A stretch of 64,000 nt of DNA from Nitrosopumilus sp. (GCA_965218695.1 OZ244651.1:1664001-1728000); one strand, 5' to 3'; positions 20,901-32,638 are shown, numbered from the stretch's first letter. Notes: generated by a model from the letters alone, not told the origin. A program made the numbers and translations.

Positions 20901-22984
20901 ACCCGGTTATAGTGGCCTGGCCTTGATTCATAAATAGTTCCATCTCTCTGCATCCTTCGGATGTACTCCCTTGCCTCCTCCTCGGTAAACTTTTCAGTCT
21001 TTTCGAGCTCCTTGACAAATGTTCTCTCCTCCACGGGTATCTTGTTGTCACCCTCTAGCGACTTTAGCACGTCCACGAACAGATGCATCTTGGATACCTC
21101 GCTTCTTGGCTTTCCCTGCAAGACGCCCAAGTCCACCTTGCCGGTGTTGACATCCACGCCTGCGTCCTGCAGCATGCTCTGAATCAGGAATATGGCGCGC
21201 TCTGCATCCTCCTCCTCTACTATGTCCTTCATCAGCAGCCTGGCTCTTGCCGTGGAGAGCCTGATTATTCCCTCCAGTTGTCTGGGAGTTACTGTGATCA
21301 TCTCCTCTGATTCCACGTTCCTCATCTGAAGGTAGTAGTCCAGTATCTTCTCCTCTGCCTCCTTTGTCAGGCTGGGCGCAGAGCGCTTTGCATACGAGAG
21401 GTATTTTGTAAGCAGATCCACGTCGATCACCGAGCGCCTGTCTGTCCCCTTGGGGGTGTGCAGCTCTATGATGTGCCTTGCAATCACCTCGTCCCTCTCC
21501 CGTGCAGGTATGTCCCTTACTACAAATATCAGGTCAAAACGCGTCAGAAGCGGGATCGGCAGGTTGACGTTTTCTGTGATGTTCTTGAAGGGATCGTACT
21601 TGCCGTACATCGGGTTGGCAGCAGCCAAGATGGATGTCCTTGCATTGAGCGTGGCCACGATTCCCCCCTTTGCTATGCTTGCAGACTGCTGCTCCATGAC
21701 CTCGTGCAGCGCGCTTCTGTCCTCGGCCTTCATCTTGTCAAACTCGTCGATGCTGACCAGTCCCTGATCGCCGAGCACGACGGCACCTGCCTCGAGCATC
21801 ATGATTCCCGTCTTGTCCCGGACTACGGCAGCTGTCAGGCCCGCCGCAGTGGAGCCCCTGCCCGACGTGTACAGGCCGCGCGGGGCGATCCTTGAGCAGA
21901 ACTTTAGCATCTCGCTCTTTGCGGTTCCCGGATCCCCCACCAGAAACACGTTGATGTCGCCCCGAATCTTGCTTCCGTCCACCAATATTCTCTGGTTGGA
22001 GCCTACGATCAGCAGCAGTATGGCCTCCTTGATCAGCGACTGGCCCTGGATGTGCGGCGCAAACGAGTCTATCAGCCTCTGGTATACGTCCGGACTCTGG
22101 GCCAGGGCCCTGATCGTCTTCTCATCCTCCGGGGCGATCTCCTCCCTCTCAATCTTGCGCGAGGTCTTTGTGCCCCGGCCGCCCAGGAACTCTACGTTGT
22201 TTCCCTCGATTCTCAGCCTGTACAGTCCGCTGTGCCCCCTCTGGACGCCTGCCACGGACTCCTGCTCTACCCGGACCAGCCCGGTAAGAATTATCCTGTC
22301 TCCCGGCCTTGCGCTGTTCACCAGATCCTGCTTGATCGAGACATCGATGTAGTGGGGCAGCTGTCCGGGCGGCAGATCCTCCGGAAGCTCCTGCAGCCTG
22401 AGAATCTGAAAGTCGATAAACCTGCTCTCCTCTGGTTTTAGCTCAAACTCGCGGTGCTTGCACTCCGTATTGCTGCACCTCACAGGGGTTGAGACGTCCA
22501 TTCCCTTTATCCGGACCACCCTGTTGGGGTGTTCGTCGGGACAGACAAAGAGCAGCTCCTTGGCAAGCGGCTTTACCTCAGAGGCCCTCACCACCATCCC
22601 AGACACGCTGGTTATGGTCCCTATGGTCTCTGCATTGATCTGCCGCAGGCTCCGCTCCAGCGGGTAGTTGACTATTCTGACGCGGATCTCGTCTTTGATC
22701 TTCTCGGCATACTCGGGGAACCTTGTCTGGAGGGCCTCCTTGATTGCATTTGAGAACGTCTCAAGGATGCGGTCAGGATTCTCCGTAAACATGGCCTCGA
22801 TCTCGGGCTGTGTCACCAGGTCGTTATAGTCCACGATGATATACTTTGCATCCTTTGGCATCATCTGGTCTATCGCATCCAGGTACCGGTATGCGCCGTC
22901 CCTGTCTTTGAACCTGACAAGAAACTGCTTTACCAGATCAGACAGCGCAGAGTCGCTAAACGTCCTGACCTGCGTCTCACTCAT
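20897..22984 (-). CDS. mcm: replicative helicase MCM
   Basis: GDPGTAKS, IDEFDKM, LLTRFDL, TPRQLE. Confidence 0.97.
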   Translation of the reverse strand: MSETQVRTFSDSALSDLVKQFLVRFKDRDGAYRYLDAIDQMMPKDAKYIIVDYNDLVTQPEIEAMFTENPDRILETFSNAIKEALQTRFPEYAEKIKDEIRVRIVNYPLERSLRQINAETIGTITSVSGMVVRASEVKPLAKELLFVCPDEHPNRVVRIKGMDVSTPVRCSNTECKHREFELKPEESRFIDFQILRLQELPEDLPPGQLPHYIDVSIKQDLVNSARPGDRIILTGLVRVEQESVAGVQRGHSGLYRLRIEGNNVEFLGGRGTKTSRKIEREEIAPEDEKTIRALAQSPDVYQRLIDSFAPHIQGQSLIKEAILLLIVGSNQRILVDGSKIRGDINVFLVGDPGTAKSEMLKFCSRIAPRGLYTSGRGSTAAGLTAAVVRDKTGIMMLEAGAVVLGDQGLVSIDEFDKMKAEDRSALHEVMEQQSASIAKGGIVATLNARTSILAAANPMYGKYDPFKNITENVNLPIPLLTRFDLIFVVRDIPARERDEVIARHIIELHTPKGTDRRSVIDVDLLTKYLSYAKRSAPSLTKEAEEKILDYYLQMRNVESEEMITVTPRQLEGIIRLSTARARLLMKDIVEEEDAERAIFLIQSMLQDAGVDVNTGKVDLGVLQGKPRSEVSKMHLFVDVLKSLEGDNKIPVEERTFVKELEKTEKFTEEEAREYIRRMQRDGTIYESRPGHYNRV

Positions 22985-23507
22985 GGGCGACATCCCTTAT
23001 CTGTGTCTCAAGGGCCTTGCTGTTCTCGTAGATGGTCCGATAAAAGATGCTCTCCTCCACAGTCAGCCTGCCGTACAGGTCCGAGTTCAGCTTGATAGAG
23101 TCTGCCAGCTTTACCAGCTTGCCGCGCCTCATCCTGAACAGCTCCAGCATCATGCTCTCGATCCTGTCAAAGTCGTCACGGGCAAGCTCCCTCATGGACT
23201 CTCTTAGCTTTATGTAAAAGTGGGAGTCAAGCGTGGCCATCTGGTACTCCCCGACCATCTTCTCCTTTGCAAGGGCCTGTTTGAGCTCGGTAATCATGTC
23301 AGGCGATTCCAGCACCCCGAGATTGTTCTTGGTAAGAATCTTTCCCAGCCACCGCGGTATGTTGTTGACCTCGCCCTGGGTTCCCTTTACCTTGGTGCCG
23401 GCAACGTCGAATCCAAAGTCCCGGCCGACGGTAAACTTTGCATCCTTTAGGCCATATCCGATCGAGTGTAACCTTTCCACGCTGCCAATATCCATCAAAA
23501 TTACCAT
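22977..23507 (-). CDS. GINS complex protein
   Basis: IPRWLG, HFYIK, RRGKLVKLA, LTVEE motifs; directly upstream of mcm. Confidence 0.85.
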   Translation of the reverse strand: MVILMDIGSVERLHSIGYGLKDAKFTVGRDFGFDVAGTKVKGTQGEVNNIPRWLGKILTKNNLGVLESPDMITELKQALAKEKMVGEYQMATLDSHFYIKLRESMRELARDDFDRIESMMLELFRMRRGKLVKLADSIKLNSDLYGRLTVEESIFYRTIYENSKALETQIRDVAHE

Positions 23508-23790
23508 TCCCTCACTGAAGACTCAATTAGTACAGCATTGACAGTTAGAATCAACAAAGTTGTAAGTAGAATTTAGTCCAGCGTTCAAGTTGCCCATACC
23601 GTACATTGGGCACACGTCTGCATTTTAGATGCGGGTTATAGTGTAATACCCAACAGGGTGAATACGCCCAGAGCGTGTCCAGGCCGGCGCGATACGCGCA
23701 GGATTCATGCCTGCCCCCGGGCGTGCCGGCCAGAATCACTACTGCAGCAAATCTGCCCGATTTATTAGTGGGAATCACGTGCGTACCATC

Positions 23791-24741
23791 ATGTCAGGCG
23801 CGGGCATGTGGGTGGAAAAGTATAGGCCCAAGACACTCTCAGAGGTAGTCAACCAGACAGACATAATTGGGAGTCTAGAGGCGTTGATCAAGGATCCCAC
23901 GGACATGCCGCATCTTCTGTTCTCGGGTTCTGCAGGAGTGGGCAAGACGACCACGGCCATGTGCATTGCCAGGCAGATCCTCGGGGACCACTCCAAGGAA
24001 TACACCCTTGAGCTTAACGCCTCTGACGAGAGGGGAATCGAGATGGTAAGGGAGAGGGTAAAGAGGTTCTCAAGGTTTGCAGTCATGAGCGACCTGCCGT
24101 TCAAGATCATAATACTGGACGAGGCAGACGAGATGACTTCCGGCGCCCAGACGGCGCTGCGGAGGATCATCGAGGACACTGCAAGGACGTGCAGGTTCAT
24201 CCTGATTGCAAACAACGTATCAAAGATCATAGATCCGCTGCAGAGCAGGTGCGCCACATTCAAGTTCACATCCGTTGCAGAAGGCGATGTCATAGCAAGA
24301 CTCGAGGAGATCGCAGGGAGGGAGGGCGTCTCCGCTGACAGGAACGGCCTCAAGGCAGTCTATGGCTACTCGGAGGGGGACATGAGGCATGCAATCAACA
24401 TCATGCAGGCTGCTGCAAGCCTCGGCCCGATTACAGAGGAGAGCGTCAAGGCATCTGCCGGGCTGACAAGAACCTCCGATGTCGACACCGTTCTGAAGGC
24501 GGCGCTGTCAGGCAGGCTGGCCGAGGCAAGGGAGAAGATGATCGAGCTGATCCGGGTGTATGGAATGTCCGAGTCGGACTTTCTCAAGTATATCAACTCT
24601 GCAGTGTTCAAGTCAGGGCACGACAGGCTCCCGGAGATTCTTGAGATTATTGCAAGGTACGACTACCGGGTGCTGGTGGGCGCAAACTCGGAGATCCAGC
24701 TCTCTGCAATGCTTGCAGAGCTTGGAACCCTGAGGGACTGA
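23791..24741 (+). CDS. rfcS: replication factor C small subunit
   Basis: WVEKYRP, GVGKTT, ELNASDERG, LDEAD, QSRC. Confidence 0.95.
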   Translation: MSGAGMWVEKYRPKTLSEVVNQTDIIGSLEALIKDPTDMPHLLFSGSAGVGKTTTAMCIARQILGDHSKEYTLELNASDERGIEMVRERVKRFSRFAVMSDLPFKIIILDEADEMTSGAQTALRRIIEDTARTCRFILIANNVSKIIDPLQSRCATFKFTSVAEGDVIARLEEIAGREGVSADRNGLKAVYGYSEGDMRHAINIMQAAASLGPITEESVKASAGLTRTSDVDTVLKAALSGRLAEAREKMIELIRVYGMSESDFLKYINSAVFKSGHDRLPEILEIIARYDYRVLVGANSEIQLSAMLAELGTLRD

Positions 24742-24778
24742 GCCACCAAGGCCGGCAGCAGGCATGGTTGGAATAAGG

Positions 24779-24862
24779 CGCAGAGAGAGGGATTTGAACC
24801 CCCGTATGCTTGCACACACAGGCTCTCAAGGCCCGCGCCCTACCGAGCTAGGCGACCTCTGC
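24779..24862 (-). tRNA. tRNA-Ser(TGA)
   Basis: Minus strand GCAGAGG...CGGGC-CTTGAGA-GCCTG, long variable arm, GGTTCAAATCC, discriminator G. Confidence 0.88.
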
Positions 24863-25001
24863 AAGGACTTGTAAATGGCGGTGGTTAAAATTTGTTGAGG
24901 ATCTCTCTTTATGTGGCAGGATCAGGGCTGGTTGGGAACGGTGCTGAGCGGCATGCCGTCTAGTGTCGTGTCTTAAAAATAAGAAAAAGGAAGAGATTTC
25001 C

Positions 25002-25538
25002 TTAATGGAGTGAGTGTGGACTGCTACCGGAGCTTGGCATCACGACGTACGTGCCTGCCTCCTTCTCATGGTATTCCAGGTATGATGGCTCGATCAGAAT
25101 TGCATGTGTTGGGCATACCTCCTGACAGGCCATGCACTGTGTACAGTCGTGCTCCCTGATTGGTTGCGACTTGTCCGAGTAGTCTAGACGCTCATCCTGC
25201 TCTGTCCCGCCTGTTCCATCAAACGTGGCATTAAGACAATCGGCTGCAGGAATGTCCTGCTCAGTTCTGTACCACTGGAAGGTCTGTACCGGACAGACGA
25301 TCATACATTCGCCTGCTGCGATGCAGGAGTCCCAGTCTACGGCGACAGTCGTTCCGTGGATACCGAGTGGGACCTGTTCCTCCCCTCTCTCCTCGTATGC
25401 TGCAAGGACATTCTCGTCTGAGAATGCCTCACCGTCGGTCCTGCCTTCGCCCCAGATAAAGTGAAGATTCTCACCGTCTGAGTGGTTGGTCTGTCCAACT
25501 ACTTCTAGATTTTCAACAAACTTTTCGTCTATTGGCAT
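25002..25538 (-). CDS. dicluster ferredoxin
   Basis: CIAAGECMIVCP and CTQCMACQEVCP. Confidence 0.92.
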   Translation of the reverse strand: MPIDEKFVENLEVVGQTNHSDGENLHFIWGEGRTDGEAFSDENVLAAYEERGEEQVPLGIHGTTVAVDWDSCIAAGECMIVCPVQTFQWYRTEQDIPAADCLNATFDGTGGTEQDERLDYSDKSQPIREHDCTQCMACQEVCPTHAILIEPSYLEYHEKEAGTYVVMPSSGSSPHSLH

Positions 25539-25620
25539 AGACTCTTTTATTTTCGATTATTATTTAAATCTAGACAAAATTAGTCACGACTAAATCGGAG
25601 TTTTAGAGAACATGTGGGCA

Positions 25621-26133
<513 letters not shown>

Positions 26134-26351
26134 TCAACATCGGCGTGAATGTTATTTAAAGATAGATGATGTCGATGTAGGTTCGGGTCGACGCCGGCCA
26201 CGCCCGTCAGGCCGTCATGTATTCACAGGGACACGGTAGGCCTTGGCGTGGTTTTGCAGGCACGATACGGAGCCGGTCGTGGCCACCACCGGCGGCATTC
26301 CCCTGGGATCTGCCCGATCCGGCAATTACGAATGCACGGGCAGAACCCGCT

Positions 26352-27896
26352 GTATGAATTCACCTGTCCTTCCTGTCACAAAAAAATGATCATACTGATC
26401 CATATGCTGGCAATACACATCACTTTACATGGTAAATTCACGGCACATGAGCAGGGACCAGCTAAAAGAGGAACTCCTAGCACGGAACCGGGAGATTGCC
26501 ACCCTCAAATCCGATCTTGAGAAGGCACTTGGCAGGATAGAACGTCTTGAAAGGGCCTTGGGGTACAGCGAACGCCTCATGACATACTATACAAACCCCA
26601 ACACGCCGCCCTCATCTGAATCCCTGGAATGGAAGGCCCAGAAGAGGGAGCGGGCAAAAAAACAGGAAAAGGAGGGCAAATCCAAGCGCGGGGGAAGAAA
26701 GGGACACGCGGGGGCGTCGCGCCCCCACGACCCGGAAAGGACCGTATCCCACAGGTTCGGGCGCAGGAAGTCGGGCAGGAGGCGGGTGCCGGTGCTCCCG
26801 GAATGCGGGTGCGGCGGCGGCGGCGGCCGGATGGCGATTGGCAGTCCGCGCGTGCGGGACATCACGGACATCAGGGTGACTGCGTGCGAGACGCGGCACC
26901 GCGTGGAGACTGCAGTATGCGGCTCATGCGGCCGCAGGGAAGATGCTCCAAACGACCTGCCGCGGCGGGGCAACTTCGGCAAGGGCATGGTCGGACTCGT
27001 CTCAGAACTGCGCGCGGCACGGGTGCCGCTCAAGGGAATCTCGGTCGCGGTGCGCTCCATAACGGGCATTATGCTTGCAGGATCCACCGTCAACAACATC
27101 ATGGCACGCGTCGGGGACGCCTCGGGCCACGAGGCAGGCAGGATCCTCGGGGAAGTGGAGGCTTCTGACTGTGCCGGGTTTGACGAAACCAGCTGGCGAA
27201 ACGACGGCCAGAAGGTACACGCAAACGTGGCACAGTCGGGCAAAAACATCGCAATAAACATCAGCCAGAGCAGGGCCACGCTCATGCTCGATGCCATGGA
27301 CAAATTTGACGGGGTGGCGATAACTGACGGGTACACCGGATATGACAGGTTTGACAAGGACGGCATGCACCAGTCGTGCTGGGCGCACGACCTCCGGCAG
27401 ACAAGGCACCTGGCAGAAAAATACTGCGCCGTGCCTCCCGAGACCAAACGTGTCCGGCGGCGGCGGCAGCAGCTCCACGAGGACCACAAGTGGGTGTTTG
27501 AGAGGGCAAAACTGCTGGCCGCGCAGGAGGCGCGCTCGCCACAGCTGCGGCATACGATGAACCGCACCATGCAGGACGTGCTTGACCGGTACCGCGATGC
27601 CGGTGGTGGTGGTGACGATGACGACATGCAAAAGGTGCTGGACAAGCTCGAGAGGCACCTGCACCGCATGTTTGCGTTCCTGGAGCATCCCGGCGTCGAG
27701 CCTACAAACAACGCCAGCGAGAGGGCGCTGCGCTACCTGGTGGTGTTCCGCAAGATAAGCGGGCAGACCAAGGGCGGCTCCAAGGCCATGAAGCGCCTTG
27801 CAGATTTTGTCACGTGCGTCCTCACGTGGAGGGCACATGGCAAGAGCGTGGCCGAAGAAGTTGGTCGACTGATATAAGGGGCAGGTGAATTCATAC
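26352..27896 (+). mobile_element. complete IS66-family element (single-ORF type)
   Basis: TIRs GTATGAATTCACCTG(T/C)CC; 8-bp TSD AACCCGCT at 26344-26351 and 27897-27904. Confidence 0.95.
26429..27877 (+). CDS. IS66 transposase
   Basis: NTPPSS, FDETSWR, TDGYTGY, HQSCWAHDLR, EPTNNASERALR. Confidence 0.95.
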   Translation: MVNSRHMSRDQLKEELLARNREIATLKSDLEKALGRIERLERALGYSERLMTYYTNPNTPPSSESLEWKAQKRERAKKQEKEGKSKRGGRKGHAGASRPHDPERTVSHRFGRRKSGRRRVPVLPECGCGGGGGRMAIGSPRVRDITDIRVTACETRHRVETAVCGSCGRREDAPNDLPRRGNFGKGMVGLVSELRAARVPLKGISVAVRSITGIMLAGSTVNNIMARVGDASGHEAGRILGEVEASDCAGFDETSWRNDGQKVHANVAQSGKNIAINISQSRATLMLDAMDKFDGVAITDGYTGYDRFDKDGMHQSCWAHDLRQTRHLAEKYCAVPPETKRVRRRRQQLHEDHKWVFERAKLLAAQEARSPQLRHTMNRTMQDVLDRYRDAGGGGDDDDMQKVLDKLERHLHRMFAFLEHPGVEPTNNASERALRYLVVFRKISGQTKGGSKAMKRLADFVTCVLTWRAHGKSVAEEVGRLI

Positions 27897-27945
27897 AACC
27901 CGCTTCAAACAAGATTCATAACGCACGACAGGGCCATCCGAGGAC

Positions 27946-28611
27946 ATGGATATCATCAAGTATGATGTGTACAGGGGATCAAACATAGGGGTGTACATCA
28001 GGACGAATGCGGATCTGGTTCTGATCCCGATGGGGTTTGCCAAGTCAAGGGCAGAGAAGCTGGGGGCGTACCTTGGAGTCAGATACATGTACATGTCAGT
28101 TGCAAACACCAGGCTGATGGGATCACTGTCGGTGATGAACAACAAGGGAATACTGCTGCCAAAGACGGCGTATCAAAACGAGTATGACCTCCTGAAGGAG
28201 GAGACTGATCTGGAGGTCGGCGTGCTGGATTCAAGGTTTACCGCGCTTGGAAACGTGATATGCGCAAACGACAGGGGAGCGGTGGTATCCCCGTGGCTCT
28301 CAGGCAGTGACTGCCAGACGATATCAGACGTGCTGGGAGTCGAGACGATTCAGAGAAAGATCGCAGGATTCAACCAGACAGGGGCAGTCATGGTTGCAAA
28401 CAACACCGGGGCTGCAATCCATCCAGAGGCAGACGAGAAGGACATGGAGATCTTTGCAAGCCTGCTGGGGGTAAAAGTCGAGCAGAGTTCCATAAACAAC
28501 GGTGTCCCCTATGTGGCATCGGGGATTCTTGCAAACGACAATGCCGTGGTGGTCGGAACGCTGACCACGGGTCCCGAGATAATGATGCTTACGAGGGCCT
28601 TTCTAAACTGA
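27946..28611 (+). CDS. eif6: translation initiation factor 6
   Basis: SNIGVY, ALGNVICANDRGA, VVGTLTTGPE. Confidence 0.94.
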   Translation: MDIIKYDVYRGSNIGVYIRTNADLVLIPMGFAKSRAEKLGAYLGVRYMYMSVANTRLMGSLSVMNNKGILLPKTAYQNEYDLLKEETDLEVGVLDSRFTALGNVICANDRGAVVSPWLSGSDCQTISDVLGVETIQRKIAGFNQTGAVMVANNTGAAIHPEADEKDMEIFASLLGVKVEQSSINNGVPYVASGILANDNAVVVGTLTTGPEIMMLTRAFLN

Positions 28612-29875
28612 GGACGGATCTTGGATCCTCGGTGAGTTTTTCCAGGAGAATGACTCCCTCGGTGCCGTCCTGCATGTCACGCAGCACGACGCCCCCTTCT
28701 GCCAGTTCCTGCGGCCCCACAATTATGGCAAGCCTTGCGCTGCCTGCCATATCCATCTGCTTTTTAAGGCTTCTGCCTGCAAGATCCATGTCGGCATGTA
28801 TGCCGTTGAGCCGGAGGAGCGACGTGATGGAGGATGCGACCTTTTGCATCTCGTCGTTGACATAAAGTACCGCGACTCGTTCCCTGACAGGGGACGGCAC
28901 TATTCCCTGCTGATGCATCGTCAGGATTATCCTCTCCACGCCCCCTGCGACGCCGGATGCCCCGATGTCGTCCCTTCCAAAGGCCCGGGTCAGCGCGTCA
29001 TACCTGCCGCCGCCTGCCAGCGCGCCAAACCCGGAGCCCTCTGCAAACACCTCAAAGACGGTACCAGAGTAGTAGTCAAGCCCGCGGACTATGCCAAAGT
29101 TGATCCTGATATTTGAGACGCCCCTGTTCTCCAGGGATTCAAAGAGATTCTTCAGGTAGTCCCACCGCTCCAGATGGGCGGTGTCAAACATTTTTTCCAC
29201 CTCGGGTATGGTTCCCCTGACCTGGGAGAACTCCAGAACCATCTCCAGTTTCTGCCGGTCATATCCCTTTTCTTCAAATTCGTGCAGGATCTCTTTGTGT
29301 GACTTTTTTGATGTCTTGTCTACTGCGCGCAGGATGTCGGCGACCAGTCCGGGATCCTGCGATTCGAAGATCCTGTTGATGTACGACTCAACCAGGTCCC
29401 GGTGGCTGATCTCGATTGTGATTCCCTTTAGGAGCAGCGAGTCGAACAGCCGCGATGTCATCTCGATTATCTCGGATTCTGACTCCAGAGACGGCCTGCC
29501 GTAAATCTCCACATTCCACTGGTGAAAGTAGCGGTACCGCCCTTTCTGCGGCTCGTCATACCTGAAGACGCCCCCAAAGCTTGAGAGCTTGGCAGGGAGC
29601 CTCATGGACTTTTGGGATGCAATGTACCGGGTCAGCCCCATGGTAAAGTCAAAGCGCAGCGCCACCTCCCGCTCCCCCTTGTCCTCAAAGTAGTATATCT
29701 CCTCCCGGATTGCAGGTCCCGACTTGGTCTCTAGGGTAGAGAGCAGTTCTATGGGGGATGGCTGCATGAACGAGAACCCGTACAGGTCAGAGAGCCTCCG
29801 AAAGTGGTGCCGGACGTGCTCGATGTCTGCTGTTTCTGCGGCCTCAAAGTCCTTCATTCCGCGCGGCAGTTTCAA
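28589..29875 (-). CDS. hisS: histidine--tRNA ligase
   Basis: LPRGMKDF, FRYDEPQKGRYRYF, RGLDYYSG, GGGRYD. Confidence 0.97.
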   Translation of the reverse strand: MKLPRGMKDFEAAETADIEHVRHHFRRLSDLYGFSFMQPSPIELLSTLETKSGPAIREEIYYFEDKGEREVALRFDFTMGLTRYIASQKSMRLPAKLSSFGGVFRYDEPQKGRYRYFHQWNVEIYGRPSLESESEIIEMTSRLFDSLLLKGITIEISHRDLVESYINRIFESQDPGLVADILRAVDKTSKKSHKEILHEFEEKGYDRQKLEMVLEFSQVRGTIPEVEKMFDTAHLERWDYLKNLFESLENRGVSNIRINFGIVRGLDYYSGTVFEVFAEGSGFGALAGGGRYDALTRAFGRDDIGASGVAGGVERIILTMHQQGIVPSPVRERVAVLYVNDEMQKVASSITSLLRLNGIHADMDLAGRSLKKQMDMAGSARLAIIVGPQELAEGGVVLRDMQDGTEGVILLEKLTEDPRSVLSLERPS

Positions 29876-30056
29876 ATTGTTCTTTGGTGAGGGATTGCGG
29901 ATTTAAGCATTGTCTAGCGAAGGCCCGGACACCAACCGTAGGATGAAGGCCGGGAATAAATGACGCACAGGATCATTTAGAAAATAGTGTAAAAATTGGT
30001 GCCAAAAACAGGGATTCAGATCAATATAGTTAAACCTGATAGTAACCAAAGACAAA

Positions 30057-31520
30057 TTGGTAATGTGGCTAATTAAACCCACAAGAGTGCAGGGACGAGA
30101 AAAAACAAAAAGAATTGCTGCCAGAGGACGGTGGATTGAACGTGTATTTGGTTTTGAGTATACCCCATTTGAAATGCATCAAATTGAGGAATTTAACAGG
30201 GCCAAAAATGCAAAATTGGTTGAAATTAGCGGATTTGTGTCTTGGATAGATCGAACAAAGTTTTTACTGCTGCCCACTAAAACCACAAACAGCATCTACT
30301 TCATATGTAAAGTAACTGATGGGTTGGATTTTCCTGCAAATCACCAATATGTCTATTGCAAAGGACGATGGAAATATGATTTAGCGGGACAGTCGGCTTA
30401 CAAAATTCTTGTTGCAGAAAATATCGCTTCTGACGAGCCTGACCACAGCCAATTTATATCGGATATAAAATCCTCTGACTTTCAAGGCAATCTCTTTGAA
30501 AACTGGAGCAATATTGATTCCATTCAACCGGATTTTTTAATACGGTACTTCGTAAGCTCCCCATCGCTACCTAATCGAGTGGGAGGAATCACAGTGTCAC
30601 TGTTTAGCCCGCCACGTGAATTAAAAATTATCAGATTCCTTTACAATGATTTAGTAATGTTCATTGCTCCCGAATTACTAGGATCTAAAAAAATGATTTT
30701 TGATGTTCCGGAGTTAAAAAAATCGCATAGATTGCTTCCGTTTCAATGGAGTGAAAAAACGCTTGATTTTGAAAAAATTACAAAAAATACAGAAGGATTC
30801 CTCAGTAGAAAGCCCGATCAGGGTACCGTCGAACAATCAATAGCATTATTGTCAAAAAAACACAAGCCAGAGAATTTTGAGTCATTAGGGCTTGTCAACT
30901 CGGATTACCCCATTACAGTTGAGGAACATGCAGGGAGGAGAAGGAGAAACATTTCCCCACACACAGATTTGAGAATGACTCAGTTTCTCGTTGCTGCACA
31001 TATGAATTCCCCCAGCATCGATCTGAAGACTCAGGATGAGTCATTAGTTTATGTTAGAAATGAGATCCAGAAATTTGCCGACACAAAAAAGGATTTGATT
31101 AGCCAATTATTGGGTCCCAATAAAATGTTAAATTTAGATTTTAATGGAAAGCCTGCATCCATTTTAAACCTGGCAATTTCATAGCAGCGTGTTTCAAATA
31201 CCGGCACCGTTGATAAGGATATGATCATTTCAACTACGAAGGATTATATCAAAAACCTAAATTTCGCCTTTAGAATCTGGGATGAGAAAACCACAGGCGG
31301 AGTTCTCAATCCATTTAAAAATCAGCTAAACCTTGAAGATGAACGTGTTCTGGTATTTTTGTATAAAGAAGGCCCACGCACGTTTGATGAAATTCGTGTA
31401 GCCACAGGTCTTAGTCACGACATGTGCAGTAAAGCAATTAATTATCTTTATGAACGGGTAAATCTAATTTATTTATACTCTCCAACGAAGTACGATGCGG
31501 TTCACCGCAATTTGGGATAG
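30057..31520 (+). pseudogene. degenerate MCM-like protein (OB-like, decayed AAA+, lid, winged helix) with an in-frame TAG at 31182-31184
   Basis: ORFs 30057..31184 and 31221..31520 share a frame, separated by one TAG. The C-terminal half aligns by eye to the C-terminus of the window's own MCM. AT-rich. Confidence 0.55.
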
Positions 31521-31856
31521 TTTATGGAGCATTCCAATCTCTAATTTTAAAAATTTTTAGATATTTTGAGAGTATGCTACAGAAATAGGATTCAAGATCA
31601 TTCCTATCTAGAGATTTTAGATAATTCTATAGCTTTTGAGAATTATGCGGATCATTTCTCCAAAAACTATGCATGCTTGTCTGATTATCTGTCTGATGCT
31701 AAATGTTGATCTGTGTCCATAATTATCAATTTGATTTGGTGGCAACCGAGATCAAGCATGACAGTCAGGTGGGAAAATTATTTGGAACAGGCCATCTTGC
31801 AACGCCCGTGAAACCAGCAGGACTATTACTTGTAATTTGCAAAATCAAAAGGCGTG

Positions 31857-32528
31857 CTAGTGCCGCTTTGGAAGGAACGGTATCAGTGCCCTTGCAAACT
31901 CCATGATGTTCTTTGTCTGCATGTAGACTGTTCCGGGGCCCGTAATCTCTACTACCAGCGCCTCACCTCCAAACAGCGTGGTCTTGAGACTACCGTGCTT
32001 TGCGACGCGGTAGTCTGCAGTGGCACTCATGGCCACCAGCTGGTAGTTGTCGACTATCATCCTCTCGCCGGGAGCCAGTTCCGTCTTGAAGATGCCGCCC
32101 CACGCGTTTACAAACATGTCCCCCCGTCCGAGAGTCTTCAGCATGAACAGGTTGCTTCCAAAGACGCCCTTGGTAAATCCCTGCCACTGCGTATCCAGCG
32201 TCAGATCCCCGACGGAGCACACGAATGCACCCGACTGGACGATAAACTCCGAATCAACGGTAATAACCTCAATGTCTCCAAGCATGTTTCCGGTGAGGCC
32301 AAGCCTGCACCCGTCCTCCCGCGCAGTAAACTCGTTGACAAAGAACGACTGACCTCCAAATGCAGCCACCTTCAGCGACTGAAAGAGGCCGCTCTTTCTT
32401 TTCCGGGTTTCTGTCTCTATGTTGCCCCGCATGAAGACCATTGCCGCAGCCTCTGCAGTTACCTTCTCCCCCCTGTCCATGGAGAACTGTATCATTCCGG
32501 TGGGGTTTTTTATGATGTCATGCTTCAA
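31857..32528 (-). CDS. TIGR00266/AIM24-family protein
   Basis: AEAAAMVFM, GGQSFFVNEF, FGGEALVVEITGPGTVYMQT. Confidence 0.9.
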   Translation of the reverse strand: MKHDIIKNPTGMIQFSMDRGEKVTAEAAAMVFMRGNIETETRKRKSGLFQSLKVAAFGGQSFFVNEFTAREDGCRLGLTGNMLGDIEVITVDSEFIVQSGAFVCSVGDLTLDTQWQGFTKGVFGSNLFMLKTLGRGDMFVNAWGGIFKTELAPGERMIVDNYQLVAMSATADYRVAKHGSLKTTLFGGEALVVEITGPGTVYMQTKNIMEFARALIPFLPKRH

Positions 32529-32638
32529 TGATGCCGAATAAGATATGGGAAATTTAGATGTTGTTGTTTGAATCTATCATGACAGCACCATCTGAGATGC
32601 ATCTCAGGTTTATAGATGACATGGCACCCCGCACAGGC

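Noticed and set aside
23510-23790. Possible ncRNA or replication origin between GINS and rfcS
   Set aside because: No ORB-like repeats, no cdc6 gene and no recognisable RNA motif seen.
26587-27898. Long antisense ORFs here and over sdhB, hel308, ADH, PMM and SNF2
   Set aside because: Shadow frames of GC-rich real genes with no recognisable motifs.
31182-31184. Pyrrolysine or genome-wide TAG recoding
   Set aside because: TAG ends several clear core genes here (ilvE, rpiA, sdhB) and no pyl genes are in the window.
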